From assembly GCA_902776565.1 (NCBI GenBank), contig CACYQN010000006.1:154709-218708 (forward strand): 64,000 bases of DNA. The letters are read 5' to 3'. The notes below the pieces were generated by a model. The model searched no databases and was not told where the DNA came from. It was given only the letters and a program-made list of their open reading frames with translations. This DNA is from an uncultured Bacteroidia bacterium. GTDB taxonomy: Bacteria; Bacteroidota; Bacteroidia; Bacteroidales; ML635J-15. Numbering within the stretch: position 1 is the stretch's first letter; each line of letters opens with the position of its first letter. Shown piece by piece: positions 25,844-34,274 of the stretch. A program made the position numbers and the translations under genes.

Positions 25844-25993
25844 GGAGATTCCGCATAAACGAATTCACAAGGCTCGTTCCTACGCCTGTTCATTCTGTTT
25901 TGCGGAATGACGGAATGGATGTCATTTCGGAAGGTATAATGAACCAGCGATACGGAACGGGGAGCTGAGTGAATTAACCTATCCGAAATCTCC
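25844..25993. ncRNA. Conserved four-way-junction structured element, copy 1 (strand and nature unknown)
   Basis: Stems GGAGATT/AATCTCC, CCGCA/TGCGG, AATGAC/GTCATT and TCGGA/TCCGA. The loop GATACGGAACGGGGA is conserved, and there are compensatory changes relative to 53025-53233. Confidence 0.45.
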
Positions 25994-25995
25994 CA

Positions 25996-26085
25996 CATTG
26001 CAACTCCTTGTTCTGTAAAAGCATAAGGCAATTTTCTCACCCCGCCACGATTTGAATTCATATTTGATATCGCATTTTGCGACAT
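25996..26085 (-). pseudogene. ORF6N-domain gene remnant (30 codons)
   Basis: Translates to MSQNAISNMNSNRGGVRKLPYAFTEQGVAM. LPYAFTEQGVAM is a signature block of ORF6N-domain proteins as I remember them. Similarity stops at the edge of the structured element. A second, stop-containing copy of the same segment lies at about 26150-26195. Confidence 0.45.
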
Positions 26086-26263
26086 CAAACATACCATCAA
26101 TCCTATTATCAGCATCATAACCATCTATAATACAATGATATAATCATTTTTCCCCGTTACATTTTGTCCAAATTGGATGTCGCAAAATGCGACTTCCAAT
26201 TTTTATCAAAAAAGCACAAGAACTTCCCAACGAAAGTCCCTGTGCCTATATGCCTTGAAAATA

Positions 26264-28336
26264 TTACTTTTCAATTCTGATACGAGCGTCAACGGCAACG
26301 ACATTGCGCGGATTGCCAAGCAACGGGTTCAAGTCCATCTCGGCAATTTCTGGAGCAGCCATCACCAATGCGCTTACGCGAGCAACCTGGTCGGCATAAA
26401 TGTCGATATTAACAGGTTCCTGTCCGCGAACACCCTGCAAAATCTTGTAGCCACGCAACTTGGTGAGCATTTCCTTTGCTTCGGCAGCGGTGATTGGAGC
26501 AAGTGCGCTCTGTACATCCTTCAGCACCTCGATGAAGATACCGCCAAGTCCGAAGAATACCTGATGCCCGAACTTCGGGTCACGGATTGCACCTATATAT
26601 ACATCGGTACCATCAAGCATCGGATACATTTCCACTGCGTAGGTATCCTGAATCTTAATAAGACGGTCGAATTCCTTTGCAACTGTGTCCATATCCTTTA
26701 CGCCAAGGACAACACCTCCAACATCAGACTTATGCAGAGGACCTACAACCTTCATTACCAGCGGAACATCCTTGCTGCAACCTACTTCCTTTGCGAAAGC
26801 AAGCGCATCTTCCTTCTTGTCAACTTCTACCGATTTCTTGCGGTTGATTCCTGCCGCATCGAGAAGCTCGTTGTAGTCGGCAATTTCCATGTAACCGTTC
26901 TGTACGCGGTCGATGGTCTTGCGGATACGGGCAACATCAATCTTCGGAAGCTCAACATTTTCGGGCTGTGGCTTCGGAGTGTGGTAAATCTTGCACAATG
27001 CATTACCAAGCACGCATTCCTCCGGGAAGTTAATATGTCCCTTTGCTATGAAATCGTCAATATCGTCCTTTACATTGATAATTGATGGCAATACTGGGAA
27101 AATCGGCTTCTTGCATGTCTTCATCTTTTCGCCAAGTAGGTCGTAAACCTCTCTGTTGCTGAACAATCCTGGTGAACCGAAGATAACTACTGAGAAATCA
27201 ATGTCTTCGTATTCGTTTTCAACGGTATCGATGATATAGCCAAGTTGTTCTGCAGTACCTGTTGCGAGGAAGTCGATTGGATTACCAACCGATGAACCGC
27301 CAAAGAGCTTTGCGAGCAGCGGTGCACTTGCCGGATGATCCTTCAGAGGAGGAACTTCCATACCGCCATTCGACAAAACATCGGTAAGCATTACGGCAGG
27401 ACCACCAGCGTGGGTGATAACAGCGCAACGGTTACCCTTAATTTCAGGATGCATGAAAACAGCGCAAACGGTTGTCAGTTCCTGACGGTTGCTACAACGA
27501 ACTATACCAGCCTTACGGAAAAGAGCATCAACAGCGGCATCGTTTGTTGCCAAAGCGCCAGTGTGCGACGAAGCAGCACGGCTACCAGCGGCAGAACCGC
27601 CCGACTTAATGGCGGCAATGTGGCATCCCTTGTTGATGAGCGAGCGTGAATGCTTGAGCATCTTCTGCGGGTCGCCAATCTTTTCCATATAGAGCATGAT
27701 TACGCGCGAACTCTTAACTGGGTCGAAAGTATTGTCAAGGTGTTCGAGAACATCCTCGATACCAATCTGAGCCGAGTTTCCGACTGCCCATACACTATTG
27801 AATTTCAAACCGTTGGAAATACCATATTCCTTGATGAACACAGCAGTTGCACCCGAACCGGTGATGAAATCAACACCATGAGGGTCGAGCTGCGGAATTG
27901 GAGTATCGAAAGCACCGCAATAGTTGCTGTTGAGGAAACCTGTGCAGTTAGGACCAATCAGGCTGCCGCCTACATTGTTGATATATTCAACAATCTGGCG
28001 TTCAATCTTTGCGCCTTCTTCGTTCTCCTCGCCGAAACCAGCCGACAGGATGATGAAACCGCCGGTCTTCTTGGTATTTGCAAGAACATCGACAGCGTGA
28101 GCGCAGAACTTAGCCGCGATTGCAAGCACAGCGCAGTCAACTTCAGGCAATTCCTCTACCGTATGGTAGCTCTTTACGCCCTGAACTACATCCATCTTGG
28201 GATTAACAACATACACCTGACCTTTGAAAGGACTTGAAAGCAAATTCTTCAGCACCTTTCCGCCGGGCTTATGAACATCGTCGGAACCACCAACGATTAC
28301 AACGCTTTTGGGATTTAATAATTTACTATTTATCAT
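26264..28336 (-). CDS. ADP-forming acyl-CoA (acetyl-CoA) synthetase family protein (CoA-binding, ligase-CoA and ATP-grasp domains)
   Basis: N-terminal LLNPKSVVIVGGSDDVHKPGG CoA-binding fold, a GPNCTG block and a C-terminal ATP-grasp region. Start moved to ATG 28336. Confidence 0.85.
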   Translation of the reverse strand: MINSKLLNPKSVVIVGGSDDVHKPGGKVLKNLLSSPFKGQVYVVNPKMDVVQGVKSYHTVEELPEVDCAVLAIAAKFCAHAVDVLANTKKTGGFIILSAGFGEENEEGAKIERQIVEYINNVGGSLIGPNCTGFLNSNYCGAFDTPIPQLDPHGVDFITGSGATAVFIKEYGISNGLKFNSVWAVGNSAQIGIEDVLEHLDNTFDPVKSSRVIMLYMEKIGDPQKMLKHSRSLINKGCHIAAIKSGGSAAGSRAASSHTGALATNDAAVDALFRKAGIVRCSNRQELTTVCAVFMHPEIKGNRCAVITHAGGPAVMLTDVLSNGGMEVPPLKDHPASAPLLAKLFGGSSVGNPIDFLATGTAEQLGYIIDTVENEYEDIDFSVVIFGSPGLFSNREVYDLLGEKMKTCKKPIFPVLPSIINVKDDIDDFIAKGHINFPEECVLGNALCKIYHTPKPQPENVELPKIDVARIRKTIDRVQNGYMEIADYNELLDAAGINRKKSVEVDKKEDALAFAKEVGCSKDVPLVMKVVGPLHKSDVGGVVLGVKDMDTVAKEFDRLIKIQDTYAVEMYPMLDGTDVYIGAIRDPKFGHQVFFGLGGIFIEVLKDVQSALAPITAAEAKEMLTKLRGYKILQGVRGQEPVNIDIYADQVARVSALVMAAPEIAEMDLNPLLGNPRNVVAVDARIRIEK

Positions 28337-28453
28337 TTTGTTTTTAATTATTTTCTTATGCGTGCAAAGATAAGTTTTTATTATCAAACAAACAATCGTG
28401 ATTTTGGAATATTATGAACAATGAGAAAATGGTAATTTGTACGACATCAACAC

Positions 28454-28479
28454 AAAAAAAGGTGAGGCTATTCCTCACC
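28454..28479 (-). terminator. Rho-independent terminator after the 28524 gene
   Basis: Minus strand: GGTGAGG-AATAG-CCTCACC followed by TTTTTTT. Confidence 0.8.
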
Positions 28480-28523
28480 AATCGTAAATCGTAAAATCGT
28501 CAATCTAAAATCGTAAATCAAAT

Positions 28524-29555
28524 TTACTTTATTCCATTCATAGTCTTATAGGTATTGGCATCGCTGACATCCAAGCCTTTCGACTTCATTTCGGCAGCCA
28601 ATTTGGATGCATAAACACCTTTTTCGTAACTGTTCAGCGACTTTACATAATCGAGGGCATACTTGTACTCGTTGAGTTCGCGTCCCATATTATGTGCGTG
28701 ATAAAGGTACTGGTATGCCTGTTCGGGCTTGCCAATCTTTATGTAGTTCTTTGCTATCTCGGAAGCGAGCTGCATCGAGAAGCGCTTCTTTTCTACATCG
28801 TTGTAGCCTTTCTGCTTGAGTTCGGAAACCAAACGTCTGTAAGCACCGCCAAATGCAGCGATAGCATCGCGGTTCTGGTCGAACTCGGTATAATTCTGAC
28901 CCTGGCTGTAAAGCAAGCTGGCGTTACGCTTTTCAAGAATTGCAAAGTCAGACTCGCTGAAACCATCAGTAGATTCGTTCTGCTTGGCAAGTATAGGAGC
29001 ACAAATCTCGTTGAACTTCTTCACAGCCTCTGCCCTATCCTGATAGTCGTATGCGACGAGGAAATTCTTTGTCGAGTAGCCCTTTTCGAACATATCCGAC
29101 ATCACTGTGATATTCCTATACATCGACTTGCCAGCAGCACCCGAAGCATTGCAAGCATAGAATATAATGTCGCCGAACGACTTTCCGCCGACAGTACCTT
29201 CAACTACAATCATATAGTCGGCAATGTCGAAGCGCACATCACCGCCAGTCACCATCTTCACAGGCGAAAGAATGTCGAACTTGCGGATGTCGTCGGCAAC
29301 CTCGATGGTCGTAACCTTCGACTGGCTAAGTAAAGACATCTTCTTCAGTTCCAGAGTTTTACCCTTGAACAAAACGTCAAGCACCTCGCCCAACGTAACA
29401 TTCTTCGAACCATTGGCGGCAAAGCGCAACGAAGCGTCCTGCATATTGAACGAACATTCCTGCGGAAGCCAGTACTTGTCAACCGCATCGTATTTCTGAG
29501 CACTTGCGAAAGCGCAAACTAACGAAAGACCGAAAATTATATATAACTTCTTCAT
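28524..29555 (-). CDS. Secreted protein with C-terminal TPR-like helical repeats, unknown function
   Basis: Signal peptide MKKLYIIFGLSLVCAFASAQ. Helical repeat region with AYQYLYHAHNMG. Paralog of the next gene. Confidence 0.6.
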   Translation of the reverse strand: MKKLYIIFGLSLVCAFASAQKYDAVDKYWLPQECSFNMQDASLRFAANGSKNVTLGEVLDVLFKGKTLELKKMSLLSQSKVTTIEVADDIRKFDILSPVKMVTGGDVRFDIADYMIVVEGTVGGKSFGDIIFYACNASGAAGKSMYRNITVMSDMFEKGYSTKNFLVAYDYQDRAEAVKKFNEICAPILAKQNESTDGFSESDFAILEKRNASLLYSQGQNYTEFDQNRDAIAAFGGAYRRLVSELKQKGYNDVEKKRFSMQLASEIAKNYIKIGKPEQAYQYLYHAHNMGRELNEYKYALDYVKSLNSYEKGVYASKLAAEMKSKGLDVSDANTYKTMNGIK

Positions 29556-29567
29556 TGCTAGCATTTT

Positions 29568-30668
29568 TTAGTTCAACATTTTGTTCAAATTCTCCATGCA
29601 TTCCGAAATCTTGGCGGTGTACCTCTTTGCAGTGTCGATAGTTGTTGCCTTCTGGAAGCATTCCTTGGCCTTATCAACCTTCTTCTGTGCGGCATAAATT
29701 TCACCACGAGCGATGCAAGCCTTTATGACACAGTCGAGGTCACGGGCATCCATCTTCGGATTGGTCTGGTGAGCAAGGATAATCTTGTCGTACACATCCG
29801 AATTGTCAAGGTTTAGCTTGTCGAGGCATTCGGCGAGTTTCACATTGCATGAAACAGCATATTTCTCGCCAGCCGAATTTCTTGAAACGAAAGTCAGGTA
29901 CTCCAAAGCACGGTGGTACATTCCTACGGTGCAAAAACCGCGACCGACATTGTAGGCGGCCTTCGACATCATCGACAATTCATGCGGGGTTATCGCAGCA
30001 CCCTTCTTCTTGAAATACTCGTATATTGCCTTGTTCATGTAAAGCGCATCCCAATGAACATCAAGCTGATGCAAATTCTTTGCAGCATCAAAGCCACGCG
30101 GAATACCATAGATGTTCACAAAAATAGGATACTCGTGGATAGGCAGGTTGAACATACGTTCAGCCGAAAGGTCGCCGGCAACCTCGTATTCGTACTTCGA
30201 CGACGGATAGCAAACCGAAACCATCTTCTCTCCCACACCGTCCTTTACAGTTTCAACGTTTAGAATAATCACGTTAGCTGTTGTGGTTGACGACTGGTCG
30301 GCGTAATCCTCGCTACCGCCCTTGCGGTATTTCACCTGCACGATGTACTTGTCCTTTCCTCCAGCAATTGTACTCTGCGGATTGGCAAGGTCTATTTCCG
30401 AAACAGCCTTCCAGCCTTCGTAAACCTTGAATTTCTTGTCGCAGATGACAGTTGCCTCGCTCAATTCCTTAGGCTCCAAGCCGTAAAGTTCGTTTAGGAT
30501 AGTTCCAATCTTATGCCAATCGCTATACTCGGTCCTTTCGACCTTGAAATCCATGTATGCGCTGTCGGACGGAGCGAAACCAATCACATAACCGTCATCT
30601 TCGGCACTTTGCGAAAACAACGCCATACTGCTGATTATAAACGCTATCAGTAAATATAACTTCTTCAT
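29568..30668 (-). CDS. Secreted protein with C-terminal TPR-like helical repeats (tandem paralog)
   Basis: Signal peptide MKKLYLLIAFIISSMALFSQ. Start moved to ATG 30668, with a TATTTTTG -7 box at 30688-30695. Confidence 0.6.
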   Translation of the reverse strand: MKKLYLLIAFIISSMALFSQSAEDDGYVIGFAPSDSAYMDFKVERTEYSDWHKIGTILNELYGLEPKELSEATVICDKKFKVYEGWKAVSEIDLANPQSTIAGGKDKYIVQVKYRKGGSEDYADQSSTTTANVIILNVETVKDGVGEKMVSVCYPSSKYEYEVAGDLSAERMFNLPIHEYPIFVNIYGIPRGFDAAKNLHQLDVHWDALYMNKAIYEYFKKKGAAITPHELSMMSKAAYNVGRGFCTVGMYHRALEYLTFVSRNSAGEKYAVSCNVKLAECLDKLNLDNSDVYDKIILAHQTNPKMDARDLDCVIKACIARGEIYAAQKKVDKAKECFQKATTIDTAKRYTAKISECMENLNKMLN

Positions 30669-30778
30669 AGCAATGAAATTTACGGTGCAAAAATAACATT
30701 TTCCAAAACAAAACACATAACTATATGCACCCTTTTCAATTTTTGTGCCAACATTGAGGTGTTGAAAGGTTGTCGCAA

Positions 30779-31771
30779 TTATTTATTAGGTAGCGTTTTA
30801 ATATTATCCAAGAAGTCTTTCTCCACTTGGCTCAGTGTGCGTTGCTGATATTTTTTGTATTCGTTTGTTGCGTGTTCAATGGCTTGTTGATGAGACACTT
30901 GCCCTGCACCTTGAAGCAATTTTTCTCCGCTCATTGTCAGTATTTTATCAAGATGCATTGCCCAGTCATTCATAGTCATTGTTTGTTGGCGTTCGGCCTG
31001 GCGTTCTGCGAAGTCAAGGTAACCAGAAACTATCTGTCCCATCGCACGCAATTCGTTTTCGTTCAAATAGTTTTTCGCAATGACGGCATCTTTCAGATGT
31101 GGTCTGTCGCCTTCAAAAGTCGTTAATCCCATAAACTCCTTTTCGGCATCGGCGCGACTTACAATGACTTCGGCAGCAGTTTGCCCGTGTACTGCGTAAT
31201 GAATCTTGTTCTGTACCCGCTTAAAAAATTCTATTGATATTTCTGCTTTGGGATTATAATCGATGCTAGTTGCATAAATGTCAAGGATTTGTCTGTAAAA
31301 CACTTTCTCCGAAGAACGGATATCGCGTATGCGTTCGATGAGTTCTTTCCAATATCCGCCACCGCCAAGGTTTTTAAGTCTTGCATCATCAAGGGTAAAA
31401 CCTTTTCTTATGTATTCATTCAGCCGTTTGGTTGCCCAAATGCGGAACTGGGTAGCAACTGATGATTTAACACGGTAACCTAAAGAGATTATCATATCTA
31501 GGTTATAGAATGCAGTATTATAATTTTTTCCATCCGAAGCAGTTGTTCGGAATTTCCGAACAACTGAATTTTCTTGCAATTCGCCCTCTTCGAAAATATG
31601 CTTGATGTGTTCACTAACATTAGATTTTGATGTTTGATATAATTCTGCCATCTGCTGTTGTGTCAGCCAAACCGTATCGTCCGCCATCTGAACATCTATC
31701 TTTACCGCGCCATCATCGGTCTGGTAAATGATTATTTCCTGTGTATTGTTATTTTTCTCTTCCATGTCCAT
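30779..31771 (-). CDS. RhuM-family protein
   Basis: IIIYQTDDGAVKIDVQMADDTVWLTQQQMAELYQTSKSNVSEHIKHIFEEGEL...FYNLDMIISLGYRVKSSVATQFRIWATKRL matches the RhuM family. Confidence 0.8.
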   Translation of the reverse strand: MDMEEKNNNTQEIIIYQTDDGAVKIDVQMADDTVWLTQQQMAELYQTSKSNVSEHIKHIFEEGELQENSVVRKFRTTASDGKNYNTAFYNLDMIISLGYRVKSSVATQFRIWATKRLNEYIRKGFTLDDARLKNLGGGGYWKELIERIRDIRSSEKVFYRQILDIYATSIDYNPKAEISIEFFKRVQNKIHYAVHGQTAAEVIVSRADAEKEFMGLTTFEGDRPHLKDAVIAKNYLNENELRAMGQIVSGYLDFAERQAERQQTMTMNDWAMHLDKILTMSGEKLLQGAGQVSHQQAIEHATNEYKKYQQRTLSQVEKDFLDNIKTLPNK

Positions 31772-31798
31772 TTTTTTCTCCGCTAATATAACACTTTT

Positions 31799-33022
31799 TC
31801 ATTCCGCCTGTGGCATTGGTTCGCATTGTGTTTTGTTTACAACTCGGTCGCGCATAAGTTTCATGTCGGTGAAATTCCTTGAAATGTTCTGCACTATTTC
31901 CATATAATTGTCAGTATCGCCATTTTTGTAGTAAAACGGTTTTATCGAAATACAATTTTTGTGTTCGAAAAGAGTGTTGAGCAAAGTCCCATCCGACTGA
32001 CCGCACGAATGCCCTATTATAAATATCTGATATGGAGAAGATTCCATAAACGCAAGCAGTTTTCTATATGCTGGTGCTTCAAGGTACTTTATTGTCTTTA
32101 TGTTTTTTAAACTCTCCTTGTCGTTTCTTTTCTGCAAGTCCTTGAATGTCTTGTCCTGCTCGTCGCCGTATCCAAATATTATGTTTTCAAAATTATTCAA
32201 TGTGCCATGAATATGATTGACAATAAATTTATCCGAATTCTTCGGGAAATACTTGTCTGCAATATCGGTATAATTAAAATTCAAGAGCATAATTCTATCA
32301 GGCAACAAAAGTTCAATTGGGTATCCGTATGTTTCGGCTTTTATGCAATTAACAGACCCTCCTTTTTCCTTAAATTCTTTAACATGACTTGCACTATATT
32401 GTATCTTATGATAGCCGTCAATCAATTCGTTTAACTTTTGCTCTTTGTATTTCAACCTGTCGTCAATGATGTCCCAGAAAACTTCAGAAGAGCTGACGGC
32501 GACATCCTTTGCAAGTATCGGTTTGAACAAAATGTTTTCTATATCGTAGTTGATGGAAGGATTTGCAGTGTTTTTCTCTATTTCCTTTAGATAGTCAGCC
32601 AGATATTTCTTGATAATGCCCAGCTCGTTGTTGATGCCTTTTATTTCGTCACTATCATCAATCGAAGTCAGCAAATTGTAATATTCGTTTTCAATGTCCA
32701 CCCATTTTTTGTCATTTAGTTCCGTTATTATTCCTTGAAACAATCTAGAAGGTATGACCTTGAATTTATCTTTCTGGCTTTGGATATTGTTCAATATATC
32801 ATAGATACTCAACTTGTTAAAAGTGCTGGCATCTGTATAATAGCTGCTCCAAATACCATAGTTGATTATTAATTTGCAAAGTCCATCGTCGCTTTCGTTC
32901 GTATGTTCGGATTTCAGAGTATTTATCCTTTGCTCCCAGTACCAGTCAATAAAATCGGCATAACTCGTTTTTAAGCCGTATGCCAAGTCAAATCCGTTGC
33001 CGATGAGAATTATTCTGTTCAT
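31799..33022 (-). CDS. abiH: AbiH-family abortive-infection protein
   Basis: N-terminal MNRIILIGNGFDLAYGLKTSYADF is the AbiH signature. The gene is AT-rich. Confidence 0.75.
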   Translation of the reverse strand: MNRIILIGNGFDLAYGLKTSYADFIDWYWEQRINTLKSEHTNESDDGLCKLIINYGIWSSYYTDASTFNKLSIYDILNNIQSQKDKFKVIPSRLFQGIITELNDKKWVDIENEYYNLLTSIDDSDEIKGINNELGIIKKYLADYLKEIEKNTANPSINYDIENILFKPILAKDVAVSSSEVFWDIIDDRLKYKEQKLNELIDGYHKIQYSASHVKEFKEKGGSVNCIKAETYGYPIELLLPDRIMLLNFNYTDIADKYFPKNSDKFIVNHIHGTLNNFENIIFGYGDEQDKTFKDLQKRNDKESLKNIKTIKYLEAPAYRKLLAFMESSPYQIFIIGHSCGQSDGTLLNTLFEHKNCISIKPFYYKNGDTDNYMEIVQNISRNFTDMKLMRDRVVNKTQCEPMPQAE

Positions 33023-33034
33023 TATCGATTTATT

Positions 33035-33175
33035 TTACAAATTTTCGTTCTTCGGGATTCCCGACTTGAGTACTTTCCTCAATGTATATTTATCCCATTG
33101 GAGTACAGCAACTTCGTTCCATTCAACGCAGACATTCTTCCCTTCAAAAACCTTTATTACAGATTCGTTTGACAT
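33035..33175 (-). CDS. Unlisted 46-aa ORF heading the abiH-rhuM operon
   Basis: ATG 33175 to TAA 33035 translates to MSNESVIKVFEGKNVCVEWNEVAVLQWDKYTLRKVLKSGIPKNENL. It lies 12 nt upstream of the abiH ATG and has a TAAATTTG -7 box 21 nt upstream. It is below the 60-aa cutoff of the ORF track. Confidence 0.4.
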   Translation of the reverse strand: MSNESVIKVFEGKNVCVEWNEVAVLQWDKYTLRKVLKSGIPKNENL

Positions 33176-33195
33176 AAAAATCAATGTTTACTCTG

Positions 33196-33203
33196 CAAAT
33201 TTA
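33196..33203 (-). promoter_or_regulatory. -7 promoter box TAAATTTG (46-aa ORF / abiH / rhuM operon)
   Basis: Exact TAnnTTTG on the minus strand. Confidence 0.45.
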
Positions 33204-33272
33204 CACAAAACCACATTCTTTCAGAAATATTTTTATCAACAAATTGGACAAAATCCAGAAAGCAAAACCCTC

Positions 33273-34274
33273 CTATTCCTCAACCAACCTTGGCACACAG
33301 TTTTCTATCTCCACCTGCAACATTTCAAACGATGCCGAATCGGCTGTTATTGTGGCGGCTACGATTGCAGCTCGGGTATTTATCGGCTTTTTCTGGTCGA
33401 ATATGAAATTGCCTATGCTATAATAGATTGGAATACCATTGTAGTTTTCCACAGTCTGCAGACAATGCGGATGATGCCCCACTATGCAGTCGGCTCCAGC
33501 GGCAACCAACCTATGCGCATCACGAACCTGATAATGCGACGGCGTAGATATGTGCTCCACTCCCCAATGCAACATTACGAACACAAAGCACTTTGAATCA
33601 AGGTGTTTCAGACTATCAATCTGCAATTCGATTGTGGCGATGCTACTCTCCGAAACACAAGGCACACTATCAAGGTATTCCCAGTTTTCGGACGGAACAC
33701 GCAACGATGTAATAAGATACACCTTGCGTGGTGTCTCGGCAAGCAATTGAGGCTCAATGGATTCGGCAATAGTCGTTCCATAGCCGAGCGGGATTATTCC
33801 GTGCTTGCGGATTTGGCTTTCGGTGTCGGCAAGTCCGCGCCGACCTTGGTCCATGGAATGGTTGTTTGCCAAATTGAGATGGGTTATTCCGTGCTCGTAA
33901 AGAGTTTGTAACCAATCAGGTTCGCCACGGAATATAAAGCGTTTGTTTATCGGAGAAACTATGCTTGTTGCAGGACATTCGAGGTTGCCGACTACAAAGT
34001 CGTTTGCAGCAAACACCGAATCAATTTCGGGACGGAAAAGCGAATCAACGCTATGCTTTTCAATAAACTTGCGCACACCCCTGTCGAGAAGAATATCGCC
34101 AGTGAAAGCTATGCGCAAAGTGTCGTAATGCGGAATACTTTCCTCAGATATCTCACTTGAAGTATTACTACAACTATTAAAACTGATAGCACCAACAAAC
34201 AAGAAAATAGAAAAGAAGGCACGAATAATCATGCCTTCCATTTTCATATTTTTACGAAAGGATTTCATTAGCAT
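33273..34274 (-). CDS. CapA-family (PGA_cap) metallophosphatase-like protein
   Basis: LRIAFTGDILLDRGVR, FVVGNLECP and GITHLNLANNHSMDQG blocks. Confidence 0.8.
   Translation of the reverse strand: MLMKSFRKNMKMEGMIIRAFFSIFLFVGAISFNSCSNTSSEISEESIPHYDTLRIAFTGDILLDRGVRKFIEKHSVDSLFRPEIDSVFAANDFVVGNLECPATSIVSPINKRFIFRGEPDWLQTLYEHGITHLNLANNHSMDQGRRGLADTESQIRKHGIIPLGYGTTIAESIEPQLLAETPRKVYLITSLRVPSENWEYLDSVPCVSESSIATIELQIDSLKHLDSKCFVFVMLHWGVEHISTPSHYQVRDAHRLVAAGADCIVGHHPHCLQTVENYNGIPIYYSIGNFIFDQKKPINTRAAIVAATITADSASFEMLQVEIENCVPRLVEE

Noticed and set aside
25960-25975. Hammerhead ribozyme core
   Set aside because: CTGAGTGA at about 25965 superficially resembles CUGANGA, but the following bases and the required GAAA and helix geometry do not fit. 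There is no equivalent in copy 2.
25844-25993. Riboswitch controlling the downstream 233-aa membrane protein
   Set aside because: The position, 60 nt upstream on the minus strand, would fit. However, copy 2 (53025-53233) has no downstream gene on either strand. I also found none of the riboswitch cores I know (TPP, cobalamin B12 box, fluoride, preQ1, glycine, ZTP). This is kept only as a minor alternative.
25783-26124. Listed 113-aa minus-strand ORF
   Set aside because: It is a chimera: 30 codons of ORF6N remnant followed by read-through of the structured element. There is no similarity to anything after GVAM, and the stop codon overlaps the start of the next gene.
26177-27085. Long antisense ORFs inside large genes (e.g. 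26177..27085, 27650..28237, 47973..48755, 44436..45161, 22966..23601, 51098..51838)
   Set aside because: These are shadow ORFs opposite or overlapping strongly supported genes (ACS, SecA, the modular protein, PorP, TBDR). They have biased, low-complexity translations and no motifs.
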